Shown piece after piece: positions 17,601 through 26,451 of a stretch of DNA of 64,000 nucleotides. A program made the translations under genes and the position numbers. This DNA comes from a virus. Where the stretch lies: IMG/VR virus record IMGVR_UViG_3300045988_108212, positions 1-64,000 of that record; one strand, written 5' to 3'. Each line of letters starts with the position of its first letter. The stretch's first letter is position 1. Under the pieces are notes generated by a model, which saw nothing but the letters and a program-made list of their open reading frames with translations, had not been told where the DNA came from and did not search any database.

Positions 17601-20600
17601 GAAGAAAGCAAAAGAAACTAAATCTGAAGTAGATAAAGTTCCAAAAGAAAAGAAGACTACATATACTGCCGATGCTTCTGGTGCTAAGAAAGGTGCAGAG
17701 GAAGCACAAAAAGCAGTGAACAGTGTTGAAGATGAGCATGTAACGCAAATTAAGACACAATATGGTATTGGTAAAAACGGTAAAGTTTCTCAGAAATCTA
17801 CAAGCAATATGGTCAAGAACAATTACCTTGGTAATGCGATTGACCAAACAGGACAAGGTGCATATACAGCGCCTAAGCGATCAAGTACTTCAAGTGGTAA
17901 AAGTAACAAGCAAAGTAAGTCTGATACTACTTCAAGTAAATCAGATACTACTACTGTTACAGTAAATGCTAAGGGAAATGCTAAAAAGACAATTGACTCT
18001 ATCAAGAAATCTTTATCTAGCATGAAATCCAAAAGTATTTCTATTAAAGTTAAGGGAAATGCAAAGAAAACCATCTCTTCCATTTCTAAATCTCTTAAGA
18101 AGTTAAAATCTAAGAGCATTTCTATTAAAGCAAAAGGCAATGCGTCTTCTGTTATTAAAAAGATCGTAAGTGCTTTAAAGAAACTGAAGAACAAAACGAT
18201 TACCGTTAAGGTAAAAGACAATGCTTCACATAAAATCAGTAGCATTAAAGGAAAGTTGAATGCATTAGGTAAGATGCATCCGACTCCAAAAGTTACCATC
18301 AATACAAGTGGATTACATGATGTTGAAGCTGCAAAATCAGCGATCAATGGCTTACATGATAAATCTGTTAATGTATCTGTAAATTATAGCCAAAGTGGCA
18401 AACCTGCTAAAGGTGGTGGCGTTGCCCACGGTACTGCTGCTTTTGCTCATGGTACTATACCAAGAATTACAAATAGTAGACGTGCATTAGCGAGTGGAAC
18501 ATTAGGTGCTAAATTCTCTGGATTATCTTTAACAGGGGAAATTTCGCCAGAATTAGTTGTCAGGGGTAATAAATGGTTTACCACGGGAGATAACGGTGCG
18601 GAGTTCACTGATATACGCAGGGGTGACATAGTCTTTGATCATGTCCAGACAGCCCAACTTCTCTCAAAAGGATCTACAAATAGTCGTGCCACTATTAAAG
18701 GTGGTATGTCTGCATTTGCGCATGGTACTGCTTTTGCTTCTGGACATCGTGTTACTGGTAGTGGTGCGTTCCAAGGTGGCGCTGCAAGTGGATACGAAAA
18801 ACATTCATCTGGTTCTTCTTCTACCAAAAAGCATACGGAATCTACTAAAAAGAATACGGAAGCAACGAAAAAGAATACGGATTCTAAGAAGAAAGACAGC
18901 AAAGCTACAGATAAGAGTACAAAGAAAAAGTCAAAATTTGCCATATTGCTTGACAATATGGGTAAACAATTTGACTTCATTGCAATCGCTATTGATCGAG
19001 CTGCTACTGCTACCGAAAATTTTGCTAATATGATCAATGATTACGTGAAACCAGAAGTTAAGCAAAGTGCGCTTTGGAATCAATATAAATCAACTGGAAA
19101 AGAAATTTCTGTAAATCAGCAAGCAGCAAGCAAATATAAATCTGAGGCAAGTTCTTTTGCAAGTAAGGCAATTAAGACAGTTCCTAAGACAAAGAACAGT
19201 TCTAAGAAAAAGAATCAGAAACGATTACGGACATACTTTGAACGTGTGCGTAACGGTAGTATGAATATCAATACTATCAAGAATGATAACATGCGTTCTG
19301 CTGTGGAGTCCTATCAGAATTTATGGGAGAATTACATTAAATGCAATTCTGCTGCCCAACAGTTAAAGAATACTCAGCGTGATTTATTCAATCAATGGTT
19401 GAATATGCCTACTGAAAAGGCGCAGAAAGCAATTGAAAACTTACAAAACTCCTATGATACATTATCTAATCGTTCTTCTGCTGCATCTACGGGAGAGTCT
19501 GGTGTTGCACGATTAGTTCAAACTTCAAACGATCAGTTATCCGAAGCACAATCTAATGTTTCTTCTGCAAAATCTACTCAGAGTCGTGCTTCTTCTGCTA
19601 ATAAAACAGCACAAAAGAATGTTTCAAAAGCGACAAAGCGTCAGAAATCTAAGACGAAATCTGTTACAAAAGCAGTTAGTAAGTCTGGATTATCTAAGAA
19701 AAAGAAAGCATCTCTTAACAAGAGTATTAAAGCAGGTAAGACAATCTCTACTAAGGGACTCAAAGGGTCTGCGAAGAAAAAAGCTACTGCTTATAATAAA
19801 GCGGTTAAGAGTACAAAGTCTGCAAAATCTTCTGCTGCTAAGACAAGTGCAAATCTATCAAATGCTAACAGTGCATTATATGATGCACAGGTGTATCTGA
19901 AAAATGTGCAAGATTCTCAAGCAATTACGAGTAATTATGCAGGTCAACCTGCCTACACATATCAGAATGACGTGTTGGACAGTCAAGTCAAAAATAAGAA
20001 GAAACAGTACGAAAATAGTCAGACTGCTGTAAGAGAAGCTAGTAAGAATCAAGCTAAATATCAGAAAGAACGTGAAAATGCACAAGCTAATAAGAATAAG
20101 GCGGATAGTGCAGTTAAGACCAAGGGTAATAGTATTCTTAGTGGTAAGAAAGCTAAGAAGTTATCTAATTCCCAGAAAAACGCAATTAAGTCTGGAAAAG
20201 AGGTTTCTTTAAAAGGAATCAAAGATAAGACTTTATTAAAACAGCTTAAAGCATATAATGAACAAGTCAAAAAAGCAAAAGACGCTTCTAATAAATTGGC
20301 GCAAGCTAAACAAAAAGAGGCAGATGCTACAAATGCTTTGGCGACAGCAAACAAAAATGCAAATGATGCTGCTGCGGATTGGGCTGCTGAACAGACAAAT
20401 GCTGCTGTGCAATCTCAGGCTAATATTAAAGCATATTATGATGCGAAAGCTAATATGGAAGCCACAAATAGTAGCAATGCTTCTTCTGCCGCAAAGTTGA
20501 AACAATCAAAAGGTCAAGACCTTGATGCTTCAGATTATCAGAATCAGATGGATGCTAATGAGAGACAAGCACAGATTATTGATGAAGAAGCTGCAAAAAT

Positions 20601-21939
20601 GCAAGAGAACCTGAATAACAAATTGAACGATGGTTCTATTAAATATGGTTCTCAAGAATGGATGCAAATGCAAAACGAAATCAACGCTTGTAAAGGTAGC
20701 GCAGATGACTTAAGAACTTCTAACGAAGAACTTAAAAATAGTATGCGTGACGATATTTATTATCGTGGTTTTGAACGTGCTATTAAAGCGGCTCAGAATT
20801 TACAAAATTCACTTACAACAATATCTTCTCTGATCGATGAAGATGCGATGTTTGATGATGACGGAAATCTGACAGATTATGGTACTGCTGCCATTGCAAC
20901 AAATATTGCTAATGTCAAATCTGAAAAAGAAGAATTGAATCAATTAATGCAAGAACGTGCCAAAATGGCTGAGCATCGTGATGAATATTCTGACACAGAA
21001 TGGGCTGACGCAATTCAAAAGAGCGATCAAGATATTGCGGATGCAGTTAAGAGTATTAAGTCTGCCGAAGATAGTGTAACAACTATTCTGAAAAATAACG
21101 CAAAGCAGAAATTAGATGCGATTAACAAAACTATAGATGCTTATAAAGAAGCTATAAAAACTTCTCATGACTACTATACATATGACAAGCAATTAAAATC
21201 CTCTAACAAGGATATTCAGATACTAAAATCACAGATCAATGCACTTAATGGGGTGGCTGATGCAGCATCGAAGAGTAAGAAAGCACGTCTTGAAGCAGAA
21301 CTCCAAGAGAAACAAGATGCACTTGATGATACAGTAAAAGATCATATTTATAATCTTCAGATTGACGGACTTGACAAGTTAAGCACACAGCTGAATGATG
21401 ATTATGAGAAATACTGTAAAGAGTTATCTTCTTCTGTTGATAAGATTGAAGAGACGTTTACATCTTTATCTGGAACAATCAGTTCAGAGGGTGCAAAAAT
21501 TGATAGTACGATTACTACCATCTTGGGACATTATGGTGTCAAACCAAGCGATCTTGGACTGACAGATAGCAAGGTCACAGGCTATGCACAAGGTGGATTA
21601 GTTAAATCTGTGCATAAGAACGGAGATGATGGTCTCGCTTCTCTCGCAGTAGGTGAGGAAGTTGCTACTGTCGATGTTGTTAATCTGGCAAACAAAGTAA
21701 GACAAGATAAGGTATTAAATGCCTTAGCAAATGGACATACACTGAACGGAATGACTATGGATGGAATTGGAACAACGGAAATTGCAATTAACTTTGGTGA
21801 AGCTATTGGAAATCTTAATATTCCTAACGGAGTATCTGATGAAGAATTACAAAGAATCATTAAAGAATCATATAAGTATACTTCTCGGCAAGTTGCTCGT
21901 GATGTTGCAAAAACACTTGGTCGCAAACGTCCAGTTTAA
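14683..21939 (+). CDS. tail tape-measure protein, exon 2 (2,418 codons plus stop)
   Basis: The long ORF has no SD or credible start. Its frame joins exon 1 after splicing at 9754/14683. The sequence is coiled-coil and K/S/A-rich with internal tandem repeats. Confidence 0.8.
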   Translation, partial: SFKNLGDELKNIKELKDLFANGETLKSVKKNSPEQYKKLLSYANGKNLDDYLETLNEFGLSNKDKKKLVQQARKSGNLDVSKKDIKKAFKQGDLAKVSSEAQTTKEVLSDLGQVNLDNVNSSASKLGETFRTGVTNGVEKAKSGIKSLGSSIKSVLSGLGATLKSYLPLLAVLAAFEGIKAIHSNIQSQRKDELNAGQKNLDKYNKKIDKNNNKVKQAKKLQEEFNTLSSGVDSNTNENIGLSTSQYERYLAIKKELVNLNGDLVTGYNSEGEALINNNTAIQDTIDKYQKLADQSKKDIASKKNVSIQNDSMALKAQKSLYGSTFTDESLGANLKRSLPYTFRSAKNLAKDGLSMNEASVRQSLYSNADFQKQAAKILGKDKIDVSKLTSKQIQELANNSDTFNSEGFIGKNDTKNLKKLLAASKTNYDQLQKYSDSFRKNTLSNISQAVDGYDKLDKTTKTFASNFISNMDIDPSKMLDTDYLDKQEKTVENLTKKLTQNKDVQDQIKDFQKTQANGKMNANKWQQNVNDQFTALQKSTGIDKDTLALTLGIKLDDKDNVLSSTGKDIAKMQETLNDTFKNQDISKFTDSLNLNDLSNAFDIVTDKTNIFTGSVDQLKERLKMLNSSAASASYTVEGYKAALDTDDDDSAYNTLVSGMKQTKEEYDQGKVGTDQFKTFAGMMSPTGKTDAKNFKENYDNLKKYFTEDNSGVYTFFDDLKAKTNDSGKALADFDKKTQKWKINIDSTASAAKKFGMGVEPFEALLNNLKTYGFDVNFSSLTKQYEEAQSKLDGWAETWQKNGGTAGDKEGQRIEAWRQQIDQAKEAGKEIPDTWTKVIDFEVNISSLQSQIKEAKDEYKAAQLNGDTEAQQKSIDKQLTASANIQAKLTGGEDVGKSGLTKGIKIPVEVETKANGIQNEIQNLVQQYQSSSGQDKIKLGLKVEAKREELLKELQKYLDPETLKILGDNSDAKKKAKETKSEVDKVPKEKKTTYTADASGAKKGAEEAQKAVNSVEDEHVTQIKTQYGIGKNGKVSQKSTSNMVKNNYLGNAIDQTGQGAYTAPKRSSTSSGKSNKQSKSDTTSSKSDTTTVTVNAKGNAKKTIDSIKKSLSSMKSKSISIKVKGNAKKTISSISKSLKKLKSKSISIKAKGNASSVIKKIVSALKKLKNKTITVKVKDNASHKISSIKGKLNALGKMHPTPKVTINTSGLHDVEAAKSAINGLHDKSVNVSVNYSQSGKPAKGGGVAHGTAAFAHGTIPRITNSRRALASGTLGAKFSGLSLTGEISPELVVRGNKWFTTGDNGAEFTDIRRGDIVFDHVQTAQLLSKGSTNSRATIKGGMSAFAHGTAFASGHRVTGSGAFQGGAASGYEKHSSGSSSTKKHTESTKKNTEATKKNTDSKKKDSKATDKSTKKKSKFAILLDNMGKQFDFIAIAIDRAATATENFANMINDYVKPEVKQSALWNQYKSTGKEISVNQQAASKYKSEASSFASKAIKTVPKTKNSSKKKNQKRLRTYFERVRNGSMNINTIKNDNMRSAVESYQNLWENYIKCNSAAQQLKNTQRDLFNQWLNMPTEKAQKAIENLQNSYDTLSNRSSAASTGESGVARLVQTSNDQLSEAQSNVSSAKSTQSRASSANKTAQKNVSKATKRQKSKTKSVTKAVSKSGLSKKKKASLNKSIKAGKTISTKGLKGSAKKKATAYNKAVKSTKSAKSSAAKTSANLSNANSALYDAQVYLKNVQDSQAITSNYAGQPAYTYQNDVLDSQVKNKKKQYENSQTAVREASKNQAKYQKERENAQANKNKADSAVKTKGNSILSGKKAKKLSNSQKNAIKSGKEVSLKGIKDKTLLKQLKAYNEQVKKAKDASNKLAQAKQKEADATNALATANKNANDAAADWAAEQTNAAVQSQANIKAYYDAKANMEATNSSNASSAAKLKQSKGQDLDASDYQNQMDANERQAQIIDEEAAKMQENLNNKLNDGSIKYGSQEWMQMQNEINACKGSADDLRTSNEELKNSMRDDIYYRGFERAIKAAQNLQNSLTTISSLIDEDAMFDDDGNLTDYGTAAIATNIANVKSEKEELNQLMQERAKMAEHRDEYSDTEWADAIQKSDQDIADAVKSIKSAEDSVTTILKNNAKQKLDAINKTIDAYKEAIKTSHDYYTYDKQLKSSNKDIQILKSQINALNGVADAASKSKKARLEAELQEKQDALDDTVKDHIYNLQIDGLDKLSTQLNDDYEKYCKELSSSVDKIEETFTSLSGTISSEGAKIDSTITTILGHYGVKPSDLGLTDSKVTGYAQGGLVKSVHKNGDDGLASLAVGEEVATVDVVNLANKVRQDKVLNALANGHTLNGMTMDGIGTTEIAINFGEAIGNLNIPNGVSDEELQRIIKESYKYTSRQVARDVAKTLGRKRPV
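17956..18285 (+). repeat. in-frame tandem repeats (about 22-23 aa, about 4 copies) inside the tape-measure gene
   Basis: The protein repeat is KGNAKKTI(D/S)SI(K/S)KSLxxxKSKSISIK(V/A). Borders are approximate. Confidence 0.7.
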
Positions 21940-21959
21940 ACCTTATATAATAAGGAAGA

Positions 21960-22008
21960 AACAGGTTGAGCAGTGCGTAGAAATACGCACTCCTGCCTGT
22001 TATTTTTT
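21960..22008 (+). terminator. strong terminator after the tape-measure gene
   Basis: ACAGG..AGTGCGTA-GAAA-TACGCACT..CCTGT followed by TATTTTTT. Confidence 0.7.
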
Positions 22009-22041
22009 GTGCAAAAATTTATACAGAAAGGAGATACATAT

Positions 22042-22857
22042 ATGTTGTCATTTGAATATAATGGACAATCTACAAAAACAATCTTAGATACGCCACTGAT
22101 GGTCGTGCAGTTTGATGTGACAAATGACATCACAGGATTTTCACGAGAGATTGTTAAAGGTGAAAAAACAATGTTACGTCAGGAGACAAATCATTATGGT
22201 GCAATGTATTCTGATGAGAGCACATATGAATTTTACCTCGTAAAAGAAAATGGACATGGATTTACAAATTCAGAGCAGAGAAAGATCAATAAGTGGCTGA
22301 CTTCTCCTACTCTTGTAAAGCCATTAACAGGAATTGCAGATGATAAAGAAACTGTTATTTACAGGGGAATCTTTCAGAATATCGGATGGAAGATGATCAC
22401 ATGCAAACTTGGACAACTTGATGCGGTTCAATGCAGTTTCGTTTGTGACACCCCATTTATATGGAAACACTATGAGATTTCTGGCGAAGTTGCAACAAGT
22501 AATAAATTCTCAACAAACATCTTTGTAGATAGTGACGATACGGAGTATGAGATTTATCCAAAAGTAACAATTACTTCTCAAACAAGTCAAACGGTAACAA
22601 TCGAAGTGCGTGATGAAAACTCTATGTCAGTGTTGTGTAGACCTACTTTACCAGTGTGTATTGATTGCAAGCATTGCATGGTGACAGACGGCACAGTAAC
22701 GGGACTAACTAATTTTGAAGATATTGGATGGGCTGATGTTGGAAATATTTCATGGCTTAAACTTCATGATGGATACAATGTTGTAAGTATTACAGGTGCG
22801 TGTACTTATAAAATTGAGTTTGATGTGCCACAGAAACGGATCGGTGATCTGTTATGA
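22042..22857 (+). CDS. distal tail protein (Dit, siphovirus tail component)
   Basis: ATG follows GGAGATACATAT. The N-terminus MLSFEYNGQST is typical of phage tail family proteins. It lies directly after the TMP gene. Confidence 0.7.
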   Translation: MLSFEYNGQSTKTILDTPLMVVQFDVTNDITGFSREIVKGEKTMLRQETNHYGAMYSDESTYEFYLVKENGHGFTNSEQRKINKWLTSPTLVKPLTGIADDKETVIYRGIFQNIGWKMITCKLGQLDAVQCSFVCDTPFIWKHYEISGEVATSNKFSTNIFVDSDDTEYEIYPKVTITSQTSQTVTIEVRDENSMSVLCRPTLPVCIDCKHCMVTDGTVTGLTNFEDIGWADVGNISWLKLHDGYNVVSITGACTYKIEFDVPQKRIGDLL

Positions 22858-25800
22858 TTAAACACAATGCAAAAATTTATTTATGTCGTCCTGACAGAAC
22901 TGTTATTTGTTCTTTAAATGGAGTACAGATTAAAAGCGTTGAATATGAACAGCAATTAAAAGATTTCAACCATCTTACATTTAATGTAGACAGATATATA
23001 GATGTTGATGGCGAATACATTGAATCTGCTGGCTATGAGAAATTAAAAGACCACATGACAATTTATCTTGAAGGACTTGACTATTTTCAGCTTCAAGAAC
23101 CTTCTTTGCAAAATGATAATGGTAGATACGAATACAAGGCATGTGAAGCATATTCTGATGAGAAAACTTTTGAAGATAAGGATATGAAAGGTTTATCTTT
23201 TAACAAAGGTACAAAAGACTCTATGGAAATGCAGGCTACAAATAACGTAGACGATATGGGTTATGCGAAAGAATATATCACGTTTTGCAACGATAGAAAC
23301 CATGAATTATCATTGATGCATCTGGTGTTAGAAAAAACTCCAGGAGTGCCAGGATGGAGTGTCGGTTATATCGATCCTGCAATAAAGAACGAAAAATATT
23401 CGTTTGAGGCAGATAATACTAACGCTTATGCGTTCCTTAACACAACAGTAGCCAATGTTGTAAAATGCGTATTTTATTTCGATACAATCAATAGAACAGT
23501 AAGTGCATATGCTAAAGAAAACATAGGAAAAGACACGAATATCTTCATTGGATGGCGTAACGCACTTAATATGCTCAAAATGACTCCGCAAACAGATACA
23601 ATGTATAATGCTCTGACAATTCAAGGAGATGAAGAGTTAGATATTACGAGAGTCAATTATGGTCGAAGTCAGATTTATAATCTTGACTACTATTTAACCA
23701 CAAACTACTTCCCTCAAAAAACTATTGACAAGGTTAAAGTATGGCAAAAGTGGCAAATTGATAACCATGCTAAATACATTCAGAATGGAAAGAAGTCTGC
23801 GGAATATCAAGCAAAGATAGATGAAATTTACTATCGTGTACCAAATGATGGTATTCAGATTGCTCAATATAAAACAATGAATCAAGAAACTCTTGAGAAA
23901 ACTCTAAAAATGTATAAACAGATGCTGACAACTATTCAGGTTAGTGTTGATACAAGAGATGATCATGAGAAAGATTCAAACGGAAATTATACAAAATGGG
24001 ATAAACCAGATGATATTCAGAATCGTGTATACAAACCTTGGACTACTTCTTCTGGCGAGGTTGATCATGAAAAATATCTCGCTTTGCTAAAAGAAAGCAA
24101 TAAAGGATATTATACGTATCAAGAATTAAGAGATTATATTATTCCGAATATCAAGGTAGCAATTCAAAACTTACATTTAGCCGATGATAAGAAGATTGAT
24201 TATAATGATGAATTTGAATCAAATTGGGATTTATATGGAATCAAAGAACTTGAAGGTAAGCGTGATGAATATAAGAAACAGATTATGGATATTCTCGCTG
24301 CATATCAAAAAGATTGGAAAGACCTTACTGATGAAGAGATTAGTAAAGCTGGTGTAAAAGATGAAAAAACTTACAATGTATTCCATAAGAATTTTATTAA
24401 GTACAAAAATTGGCTTGGAGATGAAAATACAGAAGGTTCACTTCTATATAAATTAAAAGAGTTAAATGCACAGGTTGACGAACTTGAAACTCAGAAGAAA
24501 ACATATGACGATGTAATGACAGATATGAATACTCATTCTGAACTTAATGATCCGCAATTTGGATTGACAGATAAGGAATATACTGCCGTCATGAACATTG
24601 TTCGTATGGGAGATTATACAAACAATAATATCTTTACTACTTCTCTTGATGACGCAATCACATCTTACGAGCATTGTGAAGAATTATATCAAAATGGATT
24701 AAAACGTATCTCTGAAACTTCTCAACCACAATATCAGATTGAGACTTCTCTCGATAACATTCTTTCATTAAATGAATATGCAGACATAGATTCAGATAAT
24801 AAACAAGGCTGGCACAATCAGTTTATGGTCGGTAACTTTATTCGAGTTGGCTTGCGAGATGATTATGCAGTTAAGTTAAGATTATTGACAGTTGCATATA
24901 ATCCTTGCACAAAAAGTTCGGAAATTAGTGTGACGTATACTAATATGATCACGAGTCTAACAGGTAGGGACGATTTCTCTTATCTGTTTGACGATACTGC
25001 TGCTTCGCAGAAAAATAGTATTTCTGTCGGAACAGGCGACTCTAAAGATTCTGTTGAGTATATGACTAATATGCTTCAGAGAATGACGAACAGTTCTTTG
25101 TTTGGAAATGCAGTGAACAATAGTGTACAAAATGTATTAAGCGATCAAGGAACAATTAACAAATTGTTTGGAGATTATCTGAATTATAAAGTAATTAATG
25201 TCGGGAATATCACAGGTGACAAGGCGGAGTTTAATGAGTTGTTTAGCAAATATATTAACTCAGAATATATTGCTGCTAATTCGGCTGATATTAAAAAGTT
25301 AAATACAAACGTTGCCAATATCAACTCTGCAATCATTGGCACTTCTTCAACAGAAACAGGTATCGTATTCAACCTATCCTCAGCCAATGCAAAGTTTGAC
25401 AGTGCATGGATCATTAATGGTATCGCAGGCAAAATGACAATTGGAGACTTAGCCGCAGGCGATATTACAATCTCTGACACAATGCGAATCTTATCTGAGA
25501 ACGGCAACTTTATAATGAACGGGTCTGCCATGCAATTCTTAGATACTGAAGGCAATGTCGGAATCCAGATCGGTTATGACACAAATAAAAATCCTAGCAT
25601 TATTATCAAGGACGATAAAGGTGCAACGATCATGACAAGTCAAGGCATTACCAAAGATGCGATTGCTGATGGATTGATTGTAAATAATATGCTTGGAGAT
25701 AAATCTATATCTAAGGATAAGCTGAACTTTCCTATGGTTGAAGCGAACGCACAAGGCGGAGTTGATATTACACAGATTTATGATGGTAAAGGCGGTTTGT

Positions 25801-26417
25801 GGGGAGTTGAGTATACGAAAACTATGAGATCTATCAACAGTAGTTTAGACCAACTAACAGAAGACATTGCAAATCTTAACACTGCAATTGACTCTGTATC
25901 TCTTACAGGGCAACAAGTCTTTACCGAAACCGACACAGGTATTTCTCCTACTTCTATTACTCTAACTGCAACGGTAAATAATGGTGCAGAAATCAGCAAA
26001 TGGTACGTTGATGGAACCGAAAGCACTTCTTATGTTTCTTCAGATAAATCACAAATTACAATCCCAAGTTCTTATATGACGAACAAAAAAACAGTGGTTA
26101 TTAAAGTGGAATGTACTGATACGTCTAAGTATGATGTTATGACCTTATATAAAGTTACAGATGGAGCTTCTGCTTACACTGTTGTCGCAAATAGTAGCAA
26201 CGGAACTACTTTTGAGTACAACAATACTGTTTATACACAGACTTTATGTACTTGTAAGGTGTTAAAAGGCAGCAAGGAAGTTACGGCAAAGAGCTATGTT
26301 TGGTATAGACAAACTAACGGAGAAACAACATGGAAACAAATAGGAACTGGTGCTAATTTAACAGTTTCTTTAAAAGACAAACAAAATCAAAAATTGAAAT
26401 GCTCAGTGGAAATCTGA
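22854..26417 (+). CDS. tail-associated (Tal-like) minor structural or baseplate protein
   Basis: The start overlaps the Dit stop (ATGA). The N-terminus KIYLCRPDRTVICSLNG resembles the phage minor structural protein N-terminal region. Gene order is TMP-Dit-Tal. Confidence 0.7.
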   Translation: MIKHNAKIYLCRPDRTVICSLNGVQIKSVEYEQQLKDFNHLTFNVDRYIDVDGEYIESAGYEKLKDHMTIYLEGLDYFQLQEPSLQNDNGRYEYKACEAYSDEKTFEDKDMKGLSFNKGTKDSMEMQATNNVDDMGYAKEYITFCNDRNHELSLMHLVLEKTPGVPGWSVGYIDPAIKNEKYSFEADNTNAYAFLNTTVANVVKCVFYFDTINRTVSAYAKENIGKDTNIFIGWRNALNMLKMTPQTDTMYNALTIQGDEELDITRVNYGRSQIYNLDYYLTTNYFPQKTIDKVKVWQKWQIDNHAKYIQNGKKSAEYQAKIDEIYYRVPNDGIQIAQYKTMNQETLEKTLKMYKQMLTTIQVSVDTRDDHEKDSNGNYTKWDKPDDIQNRVYKPWTTSSGEVDHEKYLALLKESNKGYYTYQELRDYIIPNIKVAIQNLHLADDKKIDYNDEFESNWDLYGIKELEGKRDEYKKQIMDILAAYQKDWKDLTDEEISKAGVKDEKTYNVFHKNFIKYKNWLGDENTEGSLLYKLKELNAQVDELETQKKTYDDVMTDMNTHSELNDPQFGLTDKEYTAVMNIVRMGDYTNNNIFTTSLDDAITSYEHCEELYQNGLKRISETSQPQYQIETSLDNILSLNEYADIDSDNKQGWHNQFMVGNFIRVGLRDDYAVKLRLLTVAYNPCTKSSEISVTYTNMITSLTGRDDFSYLFDDTAASQKNSISVGTGDSKDSVEYMTNMLQRMTNSSLFGNAVNNSVQNVLSDQGTINKLFGDYLNYKVINVGNITGDKAEFNELFSKYINSEYIAANSADIKKLNTNVANINSAIIGTSSTETGIVFNLSSANAKFDSAWIINGIAGKMTIGDLAAGDITISDTMRILSENGNFIMNGSAMQFLDTEGNVGIQIGYDTNKNPSIIIKDDKGATIMTSQGITKDAIADGLIVNNMLGDKSISKDKLNFPMVEANAQGGVDITQIYDGKGGLWGVEYTKTMRSINSSLDQLTEDIANLNTAIDSVSLTGQQVFTETDTGISPTSITLTATVNNGAEISKWYVDGTESTSYVSSDKSQITIPSSYMTNKKTVVIKVECTDTSKYDVMTLYKVTDGASAYTVVANSSNGTTFEYNNTVYTQTLCTCKVLKGSKEVTAKSYVWYRQTNGETTWKQIGTGANLTVSLKDKQNQKLKCSVEI

Positions 26418-26451
26418 GTGTAACTTGAAACAATAACAACTAATTCTGGAG

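Noticed and set aside
17823-19037. Long antisense or alternative-frame ORFs inside the tape-measure gene (for example 17823..18347 on the - strand, and 18635..19033 and 18639..19037)
   Set aside because: They lie wholly inside a much longer sense ORF of low-complexity K/S/A-rich sequence that suppresses stops in other frames. They have no SDs and their compositions are implausible. The same reasoning applies to antisense ORFs inside Tal, the fibre gene and nrdD.
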